Assembly: GCA_002633005.1 (NCBI GenBank)
Contig: NMRA01000005.1
Coordinates: forward strand, 372,686 to 415,111
Origin: Phoronis australis
Lineage: Eukaryota; Animalia; Phoronida
Direction: 5' to 3'
Length of the DNA: 42,426 nt
This document shows, piece by piece, positions 41,182-42,426 of this stretch. Below the pieces are notes generated by a model, which did not search any database, was not told where the DNA came from, and worked only from the letters and a program-made list of their open reading frames with translations. The translations under genes and the position numbers were made by a program. The number at the start of each line of letters is the position of its first letter. The stretch's first letter is position 1.

Positions 41182-41744
41182 CTGTAAGACAGCAGTGGAT
41201 TGATTAACAGTGCACCAAAAATTTTCAAGTACATTTTTTTATTTATTATGCATACAAAATGTGATGGTTTCTCTTATGAAAAGAAGCTGGTTGCTACTGC
41301 GGCGACGATTTGTTTGCAACCTTTTTAATTGTGACTTGTCTTCTGGTGTGTGCTTTCTTGTAGTGCATAATATAAATTCCCATTGACGCCTGACTGTTCT
41401 TTGCTTGAGTTGCCATGGTGACCGCTATGAAAAAATGTTACATATGAAATATGACGCTTTATAATTAGGATAGTGAAGTTTTCACTGATTTTGACAGTCA
41501 ATGACACATCCTGTGTCGAGTTTACAGCAAAAAATTAGACATTAAAAACAATCAATTAAATATAATCATATGCCAGTATGCATTAAGTGAAATTGTAAAT
41601 ATCTAAATAAATGTCCTAAGCCCGGATAGGAATAAAGGAAACAATATCTCGCTAACACAAAGGCCTTTTGGAGAAAGGGACACTAGGATGTGGACACCTG
41701 ATACAATACACTGCAGATGTCTTACCAGTTGTATTAAAGAGGCA

Positions 41745-41942
41745 CCTCTCACAAACCAGCCCCTCTGGTTTATGCACCTCACTAACTTTTTACAAGCACC
41801 CTCTGGTTTACAGAGTCCTCTGATTAACCCTAAAATAGTCCAACATCTCTCACTAGCCTCACACTAGTGCCCCTTGTTTACAAGTCTCAGTAACCTCACA
41901 CTAGCGCCCCCTGTTCACAAGACTCACTAATCTCTCACTACT
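41745..41942. repeat. Degenerate minisatellite (CTCACACTAG..CCCC..TTTACAAG)
   Basis: Recurrent ctcacactag and tttacaag words. Confidence 0.5.
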
Positions 41943-42426
41943 TGCTGGTTCCCTACGTGCCTAGCCAACACACAGGTATCATGCAGTAGAATGCGCTTTA
42001 GAAATTGGTTGATGTAACCTCGGCAGTCATTGCTTAGCTTTACAACAACGTGAAAAAATGACGGAACGATTTTTAGCATTGTCATGCAAGTGGCGTAGCA
42101 GCAACTATTTTGTTTCTGCAGTGATGTTTAAGAGGCAGTCCATATAAAAACCAGTAGATTTTCAAAAATCAGTCTATACGTCAAAATTTAAAACAACTTC
42201 ATTTTTTGTACATGGGTAGGTATCCTAACAAAAACCCAAATGCCAAATTTTGTGCACTCAATGACCCCTAATTTCGCCGCTGGAGCATGATAACACAAAT
42301 TGGCACAATTGGGCACATTAGCCGTCTCAAAAATTGCATGTTTTCAGCAACAAAAATGAGTAACATACAAAATAGATCAAAAGCTATATTTTGGTGGCTG
42401 AAATAACCAACGTATACTGTGCATAA

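Overview
AT-rich eukaryotic (metazoan, probably marine invertebrate) genomic DNA, so most ORF-track entries are spurious or exon fragments. Three intron-containing genes were reconstructed by hand from splice sites and reading-frame phase. (1) A complete 6-exon SLC35E3 nucleotide-sugar-transporter-family gene on the minus strand (CDS 10422->4120, 315 aa); its intron 4 looks U12-type. (2) A divergently transcribed, complete 19-coding-exon gene on the plus strand (11627->26422, 661 aa). It has ANKS1/Caskin-like ankyrin repeats, then a discoidin/F5-8C-like domain, a single SAM-like domain, a beta-rich domain and a Caskin-like tail; I do not recognise this architecture, and it is the best candidate for an undescribed protein. 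(3) The 3' seven exons of a convergent APPL1/2 orthologue on the minus strand (PTB domain, ending in ESEA*). Introns and intergenic DNA hold several MITEs (Harbinger-, Tc1/pogo- and Kolobok-like), a solo LTR with a 5-bp TSD, long hairpins, a tRNA-derived element, a cluster of CTCF-like motifs and many minisatellites. No CRISPR array or prokaryotic system is present. All family assignments come from remembered motif similarity, not database searches.
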